From: Bacteroidetes bacterium CG12_big_fil_rev_8_21_14_0_65_60_17
GTDB lineage: Bacteria > Bacteroidota > Rhodothermia > Rhodothermales > UBA10348
Reading direction: 5' to 3'
NCBI GenBank assembly: GCA_002787815.1
Contig: PCUY01000062.1
Location: 7,323 to 71,322, forward strand
DNA: 64,000 bases
Shown: positions 1-9,939 of the stretch, piece by piece
How the letters are laid out: every line of letters begins with the position of its first letter
How positions within the stretch are numbered: position 1 is the stretch's first letter
Program-made: the position numbers and the translations under genes
The notes under the pieces: model-generated
The model's database searches: none
What the model saw: only the letters and a program-made list of their open reading frames with translations
What the model was told of the DNA's origin: nothing

Positions 1-783
1 TTCCGCAACGAGATCGTTGCACGCCAGTTCATTTTCAGGATGCGGGAGTTCGAGCAGATGGAAATGCAGTACTTCGTGAAGCCGGGCGAGCAGATGGAGG
101 CGTTTGAGGCGTGGCGTGAGAAGCGCATGCAGTGGCACGTGGACAACGGCATCCGGGCCGGGAGGCTCCGCTGGCACGAGCACGAGAAACTGGCGCACTA
201 CGCCGATGCGGCGTGGGATATCCAGTATCAATTCCCGATCGGGTGGCAGGAGGTGGAAGGCATCCACAGTCGGACCGATTTCGATCTGAAAAGCCACCAG
301 GAACTCTCGGGCAAGAAACTGGAGTACTTCGATCAGCAGACACAGGACCGGTATATACCGTATGTGGTCGAAACGTCGGCGGGCCTGGACAGGACGTTCC
401 TGATGACGCTCTGCGATGCGTACACGGAAGAAGAGGTGGACGGGGACATGCGGTCGGTGCTGAAATTCCATCCGGCGGTTGCACCCATCAAGGTCGGTAT
501 CCTGCCGCTCGTGAAAAAGCATGGCATGCCCGAGATGGCACACGCCGTGGAGGCCGACCTCCAGGAGCATTTCCACACGTTCTACGATGAAAAGGGGGCC
601 ATCGGGCGCCGGTACCGCCGTATGGACGAGGTCGGTACGCCCTGGTGTGTCACCATCGACGGCGACTCGGTCGAGGACGCTACGGTAACCGTCCGGGATC
701 GCGACTCGATGGCGCAAGACCGGATTCCGGCGGACAACCTGGCCACATACCTCTTTGACAAGCTCCGGAATTGGAAGGCCTGA
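1..783 (+). CDS. glyQS: Glycine--tRNA ligase (alpha2 type), 5'-truncated by window edge
   Basis: Frame open from base 1: FRNEIVARQFIFRMREFEQME (class II motif 2), EVEGIHSRTDFDL, PYVVETSAGLDR, anticodon-binding domain GAIGRRYRRMDEVGTP. Confidence 0.95.
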   Translation, partial: FRNEIVARQFIFRMREFEQMEMQYFVKPGEQMEAFEAWREKRMQWHVDNGIRAGRLRWHEHEKLAHYADAAWDIQYQFPIGWQEVEGIHSRTDFDLKSHQELSGKKLEYFDQQTQDRYIPYVVETSAGLDRTFLMTLCDAYTEEEVDGDMRSVLKFHPAVAPIKVGILPLVKKHGMPEMAHAVEADLQEHFHTFYDEKGAIGRRYRRMDEVGTPWCVTIDGDSVEDATVTVRDRDSMAQDRIPADNLATYLFDKLRNWKA

Positions 784-919
784 TGGCGTGCTCCACTTCT
801 TCAGCGCACTGTTAATATCTGCGTAATATGGAACGTCCGGCCTGTGGACGGAATTCACGTGATTGCATCCCACCGGTGCGCCCGGTGGCGATCATCGTTC
901 AAAACAGGAGAGGCCTTCC

Positions 920-1900
920 ATGCTGATTGACCCTGACATCGGATATGTGAACGAGGATGTGGATCCGACGCTTGACATAGTTGACGAAATTGATCGTCTT
1001 CGGCGAGAGAAGAACGCCGTCATTCTGGCGCATTATTACCAGGAGGCTCCCATCCAGGATCTGGCCGACTATATCGGCGACTCGCTCGGCCTCGCGCGCC
1101 AAGCAGCCGACACGGACGCCGACATCATTGTATTCGCAGGCGTCCACTTCATGGCGGAAACGGCCAAAATTCTGAATCCGTCCAAAAAGGTGCTTCTTCC
1201 GGATTTGAATGCCGGATGCTCGCTGGCCGATGCCTGTCCAGCGGACGAATTTGCGGCCTTCAAGGCGCGGCATCCGGGTCACACGGTGATTTCCTATATC
1301 AACTGCAGCGCCGCGACCAAGGCGCAGTCGGATATCATTTGTACGTCGTCGAATGCCGAGCACCTGGTTCGCAGTCTGCCGGAAGACGAGCCCATTATTT
1401 TTGCCCCCGACCGCAATCTGGGGGCGTGGCTCAACCGGAAGACAAATCGCAACATGGTGCTGTGGGACGGTGTCTGCATAGTGCATCAGACGTTTTCGGA
1501 GAAGAAACTGGTGCGGCTCAAAATGCGGTATCCGGGGGCGCCGGTGCTGGCCCACCCCGAGTGTGACGAGCCGGTGCTCAGGCAGGCGGATTTCGTCGGA
1601 TCTACCAGTCAGATCCGCTCGTATGCCCGCGATTCGGACCAGGACACGTTCATCGTGGCCACCGAAGAGGGCATTCTGCACCAGATGCAGAAGGACTCTC
1701 CGGAGAAGACGTTCGTTCCGGCGCCGCCCGACAGCGGGTGCAACTGTAATCAATGCCCGCACATGCGCCTGAACACGATCGAGAAACTGTATCTCTGCCT
1801 GAGGCACGAGGCCCCGGAGATCACCATGGACGAGGAGATCCGCAGGCGCGCGCTCGTGCCGATTGAGCGCATGCTTGAAATGAGTGCGGCCGTAGTGTAG
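920..1900 (+). CDS. nadA: Quinolinate synthase A
   Basis: [50 protein letters not shown] motifs with three Fe-S cysteines; AGGAG upstream of ATG 920. Confidence 0.96.
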   Translation: MLIDPDIGYVNEDVDPTLDIVDEIDRLRREKNAVILAHYYQEAPIQDLADYIGDSLGLARQAADTDADIIVFAGVHFMAETAKILNPSKKVLLPDLNAGCSLADACPADEFAAFKARHPGHTVISYINCSAATKAQSDIICTSSNAEHLVRSLPEDEPIIFAPDRNLGAWLNRKTNRNMVLWDGVCIVHQTFSEKKLVRLKMRYPGAPVLAHPECDEPVLRQADFVGSTSQIRSYARDSDQDTFIVATEEGILHQMQKDSPEKTFVPAPPDSGCNCNQCPHMRLNTIEKLYLCLRHEAPEITMDEEIRRRALVPIERMLEMSAAVV

Positions 1901-1917
1901 GGCCTGTCAACAGGCCC
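1900..1917. repeat. 18-bp palindrome GGGCCTGT-CA-ACAGGCCC; arms identical to the termini of the 21918-22217 element
   Basis: Read directly; lies between convergent genes and overlaps the last base of the nadA TAG. Confidence 0.6.
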
Positions 1918-1935
1918 TGGGGCCGGCCATTCGGC

Positions 1936-3339
1936 TCAGAAGTCGAACCTCAGTCCCAGCAGCGGTTCAAAGCGGCGCTGTACCACAAATTGTTCCCGGC
2001 CTCCGGGTCCCGTGCCGGACGGCACGAACGTATACCGGGCCTCGGTCCGTGCCCAGAGGGCACCGCGGATGTTGTAGGTAAAGTCGAACACGAGCGCATT
2101 CTCGTCACCGGCCTCCCCGAAGAGGGAGAAGAATCCGTCCAGTCCCGCGCGATCCTGGCCTATGGACAATTCCAATCGCTCCAGGCGCAGGAACAGGCGG
2201 AGGTGGTATTCACTGAGGTCCTGCGTGCCATGGTGGCGCAGGAACTGGTACCAGAGCTCGAACCGCTGGAAAAAGTGTATCCGTAGTTCGGTCCAGACCG
2301 AGTTGTCGCGGAATACGAATTCGATGGGTACGCCGGCCAGGAATTCGTTGTCATCGCCGGGCAGTACAATACCGTCGCGTGTGGCGTCCGGATCGGCAAT
2401 CAGATTGGCGCGGCGACTTCGGACGGTGTAAAGGCTGCCGAAATAGCCGGGCTGGAACGCAGCCCCGTTGAAATGCAGGGCCAGGCGGAGTTGCAGTCGC
2501 GCAATGTCTATGAAGTTGTTGTTGATGAGATCGGCCCCGACGAGGACACCACGACCCATGGTCTGGATCTGGGCTACCGATGCGAACGGTTCGAAGGAGA
2601 ACGAACCGGCTTCAAATGCCGTCATGCGGGCATCGACTGACCAGGCCACGAGCGGGTCGCCGGCGCGGCCCGTGGCCGAGCGGTCCGTGAGCGCGGAGCC
2701 TGCCAGCCAGAGACTGGAGAGTCGGGAGGACTGCGCAAAGAACGGGCGAAAGGCCAGACGTCCTGCGAAAAGCCGGGACCGTGTCAGGTCTTCAACAATG
2801 ACCTGGGCCTGCACGCTGCGTTCACCGAACGATGCTTCAACGCCCGCCGACCGTGTATCCCAGGCGTTCTGCGTGGAAAAAAAATTGACCAGGTGGCCCA
2901 CTCCCAACCGGCTGCGGTCCAGGGGTCCGACACGGATGTACGTAGCCGAGTTCCGGGGTGTCCAGCGGGCGAAATCCACAATGCGGATGGCATCGCGCCA
3001 CTCATCAAAATCCTCTTCGAACGTGCCAAAGATTCCCGTCCGGGCCGCGGCATCGATCCGCAGGCTTGCCTGTGAGCGTTTGACGTGCGCCGCCAGGCGC
3101 GTAGCCCCTCGCCACTGGGGCCCGATCAGGGAAAAGCCTCCATACGCGGTTACACCCGCCTCGGTATCCCACCACGCCAGCGCATTGTATTCGGAGGGAT
3201 CATCGAGCGATCCGAATGTATGCGTCTGTGATGCAGCGGGAGCGGCCTGCAGGCCGAACACGCACACGCAGGCCGCGACGGCCGCTGCGACCGTGCGCGA
3301 CGGTACACCATCGATTCGGGGTGGGGTGGGATGCGTCAT
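1936..3339 (-). CDS. Hypothetical exported protein, probable outer-membrane beta-barrel
   Basis: Signal-peptide-like N-terminus (AAAVAACVCVFGLQAAPAASQ), amphipathic strand pattern, C-terminal LGLRFDF ending in Phe; start uncertain. Confidence 0.6.
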   Translation of the reverse strand: MTHPTPPRIDGVPSRTVAAAVAACVCVFGLQAAPAASQTHTFGSLDDPSEYNALAWWDTEAGVTAYGGFSLIGPQWRGATRLAAHVKRSQASLRIDAAARTGIFGTFEEDFDEWRDAIRIVDFARWTPRNSATYIRVGPLDRSRLGVGHLVNFFSTQNAWDTRSAGVEASFGERSVQAQVIVEDLTRSRLFAGRLAFRPFFAQSSRLSSLWLAGSALTDRSATGRAGDPLVAWSVDARMTAFEAGSFSFEPFASVAQIQTMGRGVLVGADLINNNFIDIARLQLRLALHFNGAAFQPGYFGSLYTVRSRRANLIADPDATRDGIVLPGDDNEFLAGVPIEFVFRDNSVWTELRIHFFQRFELWYQFLRHHGTQDLSEYHLRLFLRLERLELSIGQDRAGLDGFFSLFGEAGDENALVFDFTYNIRGALWARTEARYTFVPSGTGPGGREQFVVQRRFEPLLGLRFDF

Positions 3340-3411
3340 GTCGTGGGCAACAAGGATGCGTGAGCCGTGTTCAAACGGTTCCAAAATAGGGTTCAACACA
3401 ACGTACAAACC

Positions 3412-4050
3412 ATGCCGCTGACCGGCCTTCCGCTCTTTCCGCTCGATATCGTTCTTTTTCCGGACGAAGGGCTACCCCTGCACGTTTTCGAGGAGCGGTA
3501 CCGCCAGTTGCTGAAGGATTGTCTCAACGCGAACGTGCCGTTCGGTCTCATCCGGTATACCAACAGTACGTTTGAGGATGTGGGTTGTACGGCGCGAATC
3601 AAGGACGTGGTGGAGACGCATACTGACGGTTCGAGCGACATCATCGTGGTTGGAGAGGAACGATTCCGGCTCCTGGAGCTGCAGGGAAATCGGATGTACC
3701 GCACGGCCGACGTGGACATCGTGGCTGACGTTCCGGCCATCGTAAACGATGAGGAGCGGGAGCGCCTCGTGGCACAGCACATTAAACTGCTCGAGCTCGC
3801 AGGACGGATTCCCTCACCGAGTTCCTATGAGGACCGGGATCGGCTTTCCTACTTTGTGGGACGTAATGCCGGGCTCTCGGTAGATCAACGGCAGATGCTC
3901 CTCGAAATGCGAAACGAAGCCCAGCGTATCCATTACCTGGTCGGTCACCTGGAAGCTTTCATTCCGGCTGTCGAGGAGGCGGAAGACCTGAGACGGAAAA
4001 TTACATCCAATGGCCACTTCCCTGATTTTCCACTCCGGCACGATTTTTGA
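3412..4050 (+). CDS. Stand-alone LON substrate-binding (N-terminal) domain protein
   Basis: LPLFPLDIVLFPDEGLPLHVFEERYRQL, VGCTARI, GEERFRL; no AAA or protease domain. Confidence 0.88.
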   Translation: MPLTGLPLFPLDIVLFPDEGLPLHVFEERYRQLLKDCLNANVPFGLIRYTNSTFEDVGCTARIKDVVETHTDGSSDIIVVGEERFRLLELQGNRMYRTADVDIVADVPAIVNDEERERLVAQHIKLLELAGRIPSPSSYEDRDRLSYFVGRNAGLSVDQRQMLLEMRNEAQRIHYLVGHLEAFIPAVEEAEDLRRKITSNGHFPDFPLRHDF

Positions 4051-4098
4051 CAATTTACAGGGCGAACTGATTTCCCATTGTTTTCCCGTCACACCGCC

Positions 4099-5508
4099 GT
4101 GAATCGTACGTTCGCACTCGCAACGGGTCTCTCTCTGAGACATGTCCTGCTGACATGGATACTTCCTGGAACTCTCGTCGTGTTGTTGGCAAGCCTGGGT
4201 CTCGCCTGGTTTGTTCAGAGAGGAATTACGACGAACCGCTGGTCGACTGAGCGCGCCACCGTGGACGCCGTTTTTCACTCGCACGAAATGATTACCGGAA
4301 CACGTCCCCATTTGGCACAATTGGCCGCATCCAGTGGGTTTGAGCGTATATGGGTGGTAGATGCGACGGGGCGCGTACTGGCGTCCTCGCTCAGAGCTGA
4401 TGTTGGAAATCTGCTGGACGCGTGGTGGTGGAACCGGGTCCAGGCAGCCGGGGAGGGATTCGAAGCACAGCAGGTCAGGTATGGATCTGCCGACGTGGTG
4501 TTGCTCTCGCGCCACGATGCGTCGCTCGGGCGCTGGGTGATAGCCGTTGCCGCATTGCCCGCAGCCGGCGTAAACCCCGGTGCGTGGCTGCTCATTCCGG
4601 GAACGGGACTCCTGCTGTGGTTTGTTTGCGTAACACTGGTGTTTGTCCTCGTGACACGTGGGCTTCACGCGCCAATTCGTCGACTCGACGAAGCCCTGCT
4701 TGCCTCCCTGCGCGGTGAAGATGTGTCCGATTCCTCGCTGGACCGCCTGGAAGCGAACCTTGTACCCCGGCTTGGCGGACACGCCACCGGCGTAATCGAC
4801 GTTCTGCGTCTGTCCATGCGGGCAAAAGCGAGGGTGAAAGACCTTGAGACCAGGTTGCAGTCCGTGCTCGACGCACTTCCAGGTTTTGCCGTGATTATCG
4901 CGTCAGACGAAAGTATTCTGGCCGCAGGACGCCGCGTTGTGGATGCGCGGCCCGGCCAGCCGTTCCCCGATACGCTCGGTGCACTCGGTGATCGGATGCC
5001 CGTGGAACGGATCCGTCGCTGGTTGCAGCGCACGGGAAGCCGGGGAGCCGGCGTTCATCAGGTACGGATCGACAGGGAGCAGATGCTGTCCATCCAGCCT
5101 GTTGCATGGAATGGTCGGGTTGCCTCGCTGGCCTGCGTTTCCGGGGCAGGTGATCCGGACATGCCGGAAAGTGACGGTTTTGTCGATATTCTGCACGCAG
5201 CTGGTGTGCATGCGATGGTTTTTGACGAGGAGGGACATTTTCTATTCCAGACGGCCGGGCTCGAGGCGACAGACCTCAAGTCATTCCGCGAACAGTGTCT
5301 GGTCTCTGAGAGTGACAGGCAGGCATTTGCCGCGTGGCTGCAGGAGCGTCCTGACGAAACAAGTATTCCACTCTCCCTCCGGATGGGACGTGCACTCGTT
5401 GGACCACTCGAATGGAGAGCCTCGGAAATCCTGTTCGCCGGGCGCGAATCAGGTTTCCTGTGGGCAGTAGAGCCCGAAAAGAAGGCAACTGCGGAACCCA
5501 TCATCTGA
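4099..5508 (+). CDS. Membrane sensor-like protein (2 TM, Cache-like extracytoplasmic domain, HAMP-like and degenerate PAS-like segments), no kinase core
   Basis: TM ILPGTLVVLLASLGLAWFV; IWVVDATGRVLASS; second TM then RGLHAPIRRL; RLQSVLDALPGFAVII and AMVFDEEGHFLF PAS-like starts; start uncertain (4078 or 4099). Confidence 0.6.
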   Translation: MNRTFALATGLSLRHVLLTWILPGTLVVLLASLGLAWFVQRGITTNRWSTERATVDAVFHSHEMITGTRPHLAQLAASSGFERIWVVDATGRVLASSLRADVGNLLDAWWWNRVQAAGEGFEAQQVRYGSADVVLLSRHDASLGRWVIAVAALPAAGVNPGAWLLIPGTGLLLWFVCVTLVFVLVTRGLHAPIRRLDEALLASLRGEDVSDSSLDRLEANLVPRLGGHATGVIDVLRLSMRAKARVKDLETRLQSVLDALPGFAVIIASDESILAAGRRVVDARPGQPFPDTLGALGDRMPVERIRRWLQRTGSRGAGVHQVRIDREQMLSIQPVAWNGRVASLACVSGAGDPDMPESDGFVDILHAAGVHAMVFDEEGHFLFQTAGLEATDLKSFREQCLVSESDRQAFAAWLQERPDETSIPLSLRMGRALVGPLEWRASEILFAGRESGFLWAVEPEKKATAEPII

Positions 5509-5526
5509 GAATGATTTAACGAGGCC

Positions 5527-5799
5527 ATGGACGTACAGACTGCATCGGAACTCAAACAGGCCCTGGCTCGCGTCAGGGGTTTGCTCTCGCGTATCCATCA
5601 CGACGTGAACAACCCTCTGTCCGTCCTTTCTGGCAACGTGGAACTGCTTCAGGAACTGGTTTCGGTATTGGGGATGGAAGAAGAGCTCCGCGAGCCTCTC
5701 GCTGACATGCTGGAAGCGGTTCAGGGTCTGGGCGACTCCATTGATCGACTCATGGTGGTCCGGGGTATGCTCTCCGAACTGGAGTCGAAAGTGGATTGA
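5527..5799 (+). CDS. Small protein consisting only of a HisKA (dimerization/phosphoacceptor) domain
   Basis: H-box LSRIHHDVNNPLSVLSGNVELL followed by a second helix; 90 aa, no HATPase_c; GAGG upstream. Confidence 0.8.
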   Translation: MDVQTASELKQALARVRGLLSRIHHDVNNPLSVLSGNVELLQELVSVLGMEEELREPLADMLEAVQGLGDSIDRLMVVRGMLSELESKVD

Positions 5800-5867
5800 T
5801 TTTTACCCTCTGAAACAAGCAACAGTCTATAGACACGAAGCGTTACGGCACTTTATACACCTTCAAC

Positions 5868-8800
5868 ATGCGACCCATGGGCCGTTTTGTGCGTGCTTCT
5901 TCGATTCCAACGCGCTTGTTTCTTCTTTTCGTCCTGCTGTCTGCGGCAACAGCCCAGGCCCAGGATCTGAGAACGACCGTCATTGAGGACGACGGAACAC
6001 GCCTCGTTCTGGAATTCAGCGTGGACTGGTCGCAATCCCTTGCGGCAGCTGTCGATTCCTCGGGTATCACGGAGTGGACACCCGCGGAGTTGGACGTATT
6101 CGCCGCCGGTCTGGCCTCGGCGTCATACACCCTCGATTTACCCGTTCTGGAGCGTCCCGTAGTGCGCGTGACAAGCAGGCAATACGATGAAGTGCAGGTC
6201 ATGGAGCCTGACGCTTCGGCCCAGGGGTTCAGCCAGGGGGAAGTCGACCTGGTTGGCCTTGGTATGTACCGGAAGCGTCCTGTCGTGGATGTGGTGGCGG
6301 GACTCGTACGTGTGAATCGGCAGCAAGGTGTGTTGCAGCGCGTGAGACGGATGCGCGTGGATGTAACACGTCCGGAAGTATCGGGCGTAAGTCCCCGAAC
6401 AGCTGCAGCTGCCCGCTCGGCGTCTGTCGTTACAGACAGCAAGCTGGCCGATGGATTGATTTTCAAAGTACTCGTGGAAGAGGAGGGGGTGTTGCGTGTA
6501 GATCGAGGCACGATTACGGCACTGGGTCTGGATCCGAACACGGTCGATCCGGCCCAGGTTCGGATCCTCGGTAACGGTGGACGGCCACTGCCGGCACTCA
6601 ACAGTGCACCCCGTCCGGTTGACCTGGTGGAGCAGGCGGCGGTACGTGTCGGTGCAGGAGATGGTCGGTTCGATGCGTCGGATGCGGTGGTGTTTTTTGC
6701 CGACGCGCCGCGCAGATGGTTCTACAACCGTGATTCGCTCGAATTCGATCACTTCGTGCACCCGTTTTCCAACGAAAACGTGTATTTCATCAAAATTGAC
6801 CCTGTACCGGGTTCGCTCACGAGTGTTGAACCATTCCTGGATGTGGCCGCTACTCCTTTCGAAACGGTAGACGGTTTTTATGCGCTCGACGTGGAAGAAT
6901 TCAACTGGTCGCGCGAACACGGATCGGGGCAGGACTGGGTCTCGAACCCCATCCGTTCCGGCAGTCAGAGACGCTTCCTGACCAACCATGTGCTTCCCGG
7001 ACTCGTTGCGGGGACAATCCGCATCCAGGCACTGACCGCCGTGAGCTCGAATCCGGCGGCAACCGTCGCGTTTGAGTCGGACGGAGTGGTGCTGGGTCAG
7101 CGGACCGCACCCGGAATTACGCGACCGGGTGCAGAAAACCCGTCGGCAGTACACACAGAGTTGGAATTCACACGGACCATGGCGGCCGGAGAACCGCTCA
7201 ATCTGACCATGCGCCTGCTCCAGCAGACCAATGAGCCTGAGGCGGCTCTTGACTGGCTGCGTGTCTTCTACGAAAGACGACTCACGGCGAGCGACGACAG
7301 ACTGGTGTTCTTCACGCGAGCCGGTGCGGCCGGAGACCATGAGTACGTTCTGGATGGATTCTCGGCGCGGCCTGTTGTACTGGACGTGACCGGAGGACAG
7401 GCGACACGTGCACTGGAGGTGAGACAGGCTGGCAGCACATGGCGTGTACAGGTCCGCGCCTCGGACGTGCAGGACGGCCCACGTCGTCTGGTTGCGTTCG
7501 TCCCGGGATCGGCATCGTCGCTTGGCGCATCGGACGCCGTCGCCGTACCGAACCAGAACATCCGCGCCACGATCGGTCTACCCGAGTTCATCATTGTGAC
7601 CGCCGAGCCGTTCCGCCCTGCCGCCAACAGGCTTGCCGACCGGCGCCGCAGCCAGGGGCTGTCCGTGGCCGTCGTATCCATCGAAGAAACCTACAACGAA
7701 TTCTCCGGGGGTGTACCGGACATGCGGGCCATTCGGGACCTGTTCAAATTCGTATATGACCAGGCCCGGACCGATGCCCAGAGGCTGCGTTATGCACTCC
7801 TTCTCGGCGATGGCCACTTCGACTATCGGGGATTGTCGGGCCTGCAGGGGGCGCTGGCCAACCATATACCCCCGTATGAGACGGAAAACACCATTTTTAC
7901 GGACGGTTCGTATACGTCAGATGATTACTTCGGTCTGCTCGATGACAATGAGGGAATCTGGGAGTACACGGGCTTTACCGGAACGACATTCGAGCGGCTT
8001 GATCTGGGCATTGGCCGTTTTCCCGTCCAGACGGTGGCGGAAGCCGAACTGATGGTGGACAAAGTCGAGACGTATGAGGATCCGGCGACGTTCGGGCCGT
8101 GGCGAAACGTCTATACGGCCATTGCCGATGACGGGCCGACGGGACTGGCCGGGATCAAGAACGACTTCGATCTGCATATGGCCAACGTCGACCAGGTGGC
8201 CGAACTCATCCGGGGCGGGCTCTATCCGGAGATCAACATGGACAAGATCTACGGGGAAAGCTTTGACCGTGTCTTCCTGAACGGCTTCAAGATTCCGGAG
8301 GCGCGGCGTGAGATCCTGGCATCGATGAACCGTGGTGGACTGATTTACAACTACTCGGGCCATGGTGGACCGGAGGGGCTTGCCCAGGAAGAAATCTTTA
8401 CCAAGGAAGATGCGGCCGCGCTCACCAACGGGGACCGCCTGACCATTTTCCTGACAGCCACGTGCTCGTTTGGATGGTGGGATCTCGAAGACACCCAGAG
8501 TGGGGCCGAAGTGCTGCTTACCAATCCGAACGGTGGCGCCGTGGCGCTGTTGACAACAGTCCGTCTTGTGTATACATCCGGGTCGAACACGACGCTGAAT
8601 GCGGGGTTGAACAGGGCGCTCAATATTGCGTTGTTCACGAAGGACGAGGATGGTCGCCCTAAACGGCTGGGGGATGTGCTCCGGGAGACCAAGAACACGA
8701 CTGTTGGACTGCAGGGCAACAGTCGCAAGTTCAATCTGCTGGGCGATCCGACACTTCGTGTGGGACTGCCGACGAACAAGGCGATTGTGGAGCAACTGGG

Positions 8801-9878
8801 AGATACGGATCTGTCGGCCTCTGAAGGACAACTCAAAGCGCTTGACCGGGTACGCATCCGGGGACGGCTCCAGGATGCATCGGGAGGTTTCCTGTCGAAT
8901 TTCAACGGTCGGGTACAGATTACCGTTTTCGACGCCCTTCGTCGCGTCCCGGTGCAGGTACGGCTGAATATGCCTACTCCGTTCTACAACCAGCGGGAAG
9001 ATGTGATATGGCGGGGCAATGTGCAGGCTACGGGTGGAAGGTTCGAAGCGGAGTTCGTGGTGCCCAAGGACATCAGTTACTCGAACGAACCGGGGCGGAT
9101 TTCCGTCTACGCCTTCGATAACGAAGGACACGCCCTGGGCTTCACGGAGTCGTTCATAGTCGGTGGCACGTCGGATAATCCTCCCAATGATTCCGAGGGG
9201 CCGAATGTGGATCTGTTCATGAACGATTCCACGTTCGTGGACGGGGGCACAACGGGCCCGGATCCAACGCTTCTGGTCCGCCTCTTCGATGAGAGTGGGA
9301 TCAATACGGTCGGCGCAGGGGTGGGGCATGAGTTGTTGCTCGTGGTCGACGACAACGAGGATCAGGCGGTCGATATTGCGTCGGCGTTCGTGGCCGATGA
9401 AAATTCATTCCAGAGCGGAGAAGTGCGGTGGCCGCTGACGGATCTTGAGTCCGGCCTGCATACCGCTCGTGTGCGTGCGTGGGACGTGCTGAACAACTCG
9501 TCCACGGCGGAAATTTCATTCGAGATCGCAAACGATGAGGTACTCGACGTACGTAATGTGTATAACTATCCCAATCCCATGAATAGGGAAACACGGTTTG
9601 TGTTTGAGCATAACCAGCCTGCTGGAACATCTGCCCGTGTTGAAATTCGTATTTTCACGCTCAACGGACAGGTCATTCGAACCATACCCACGGAAGAGGC
9701 GTTACCGGAAGGTATACTGGGCTCAGGCCCGGTACAGGTCGTGTGGGATGGCCGGGACGATGATCTCGGAAGACCAGCCACAGGCGTGTACCTCTACAGG
9801 GTGCGCATTGAGACAGATGCCCCCGACGGCTCGCGACAGGCGAGCGATCACATTGAGAAATTGGCCATCATACGGTAG
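5868..9878 (+). CDS. porU: Type IX secretion system sortase PorU (peptidase C25/gingipain fold with C-terminal CTD)
   Basis: YNEFSGGVPD, LLLGDGHFDY, SDDYFGLLD, IGRFPV, catalytic YSGHGG and TATCSFG, LLGDP, GINTVGAGVGH, AWDVLNN, YNYPNP...GVYLYR; directly upstream of porV. Confidence 0.93.
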   Translation: MRPMGRFVRASSIPTRLFLLFVLLSAATAQAQDLRTTVIEDDGTRLVLEFSVDWSQSLAAAVDSSGITEWTPAELDVFAAGLASASYTLDLPVLERPVVRVTSRQYDEVQVMEPDASAQGFSQGEVDLVGLGMYRKRPVVDVVAGLVRVNRQQGVLQRVRRMRVDVTRPEVSGVSPRTAAAARSASVVTDSKLADGLIFKVLVEEEGVLRVDRGTITALGLDPNTVDPAQVRILGNGGRPLPALNSAPRPVDLVEQAAVRVGAGDGRFDASDAVVFFADAPRRWFYNRDSLEFDHFVHPFSNENVYFIKIDPVPGSLTSVEPFLDVAATPFETVDGFYALDVEEFNWSREHGSGQDWVSNPIRSGSQRRFLTNHVLPGLVAGTIRIQALTAVSSNPAATVAFESDGVVLGQRTAPGITRPGAENPSAVHTELEFTRTMAAGEPLNLTMRLLQQTNEPEAALDWLRVFYERRLTASDDRLVFFTRAGAAGDHEYVLDGFSARPVVLDVTGGQATRALEVRQAGSTWRVQVRASDVQDGPRRLVAFVPGSASSLGASDAVAVPNQNIRATIGLPEFIIVTAEPFRPAANRLADRRRSQGLSVAVVSIEETYNEFSGGVPDMRAIRDLFKFVYDQARTDAQRLRYALLLGDGHFDYRGLSGLQGALANHIPPYETENTIFTDGSYTSDDYFGLLDDNEGIWEYTGFTGTTFERLDLGIGRFPVQTVAEAELMVDKVETYEDPATFGPWRNVYTAIADDGPTGLAGIKNDFDLHMANVDQVAELIRGGLYPEINMDKIYGESFDRVFLNGFKIPEARREILASMNRGGLIYNYSGHGGPEGLAQEEIFTKEDAAALTNGDRLTIFLTATCSFGWWDLEDTQSGAEVLLTNPNGGAVALLTTVRLVYTSGSNTTLNAGLNRALNIALFTKDEDGRPKRLGDVLRETKNTTVGLQGNSRKFNLLGDPTLRVGLPTNKAIVEQLGDTDLSASEGQLKALDRVRIRGRLQDASGGFLSNFNGRVQITVFDALRRVPVQVRLNMPTPFYNQREDVIWRGNVQATGGRFEAEFVVPKDISYSNEPGRISVYAFDNEGHALGFTESFIVGGTSDNPPNDSEGPNVDLFMNDSTFVDGGTTGPDPTLLVRLFDESGINTVGAGVGHELLLVVDDNEDQAVDIASAFVADENSFQSGEVRWPLTDLESGLHTARVRAWDVLNNSSTAEISFEIANDEVLDVRNVYNYPNPMNRETRFVFEHNQPAGTSARVEIRIFTLNGQVIRTIPTEEALPEGILGSGPVQVVWDGRDDDLGRPATGVYLYRVRIETDAPDGSRQASDHIEKLAIIR

Positions 9879-9939
9879 ATCCTTATTGAAAAAAGCGTTA
9901 CAAAGTCCTTTCAATACGCAAAACAAACCTGGTAAAGGT

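Noticed and set aside
5506-5527. Stop-codon readthrough (e.g. selenocysteine) fusing sensor and HisKA ORFs
   Set aside because: Two in-frame TGAs, an independent RBS, no evident SECIS, and the fusion would still lack the ATPase domain.
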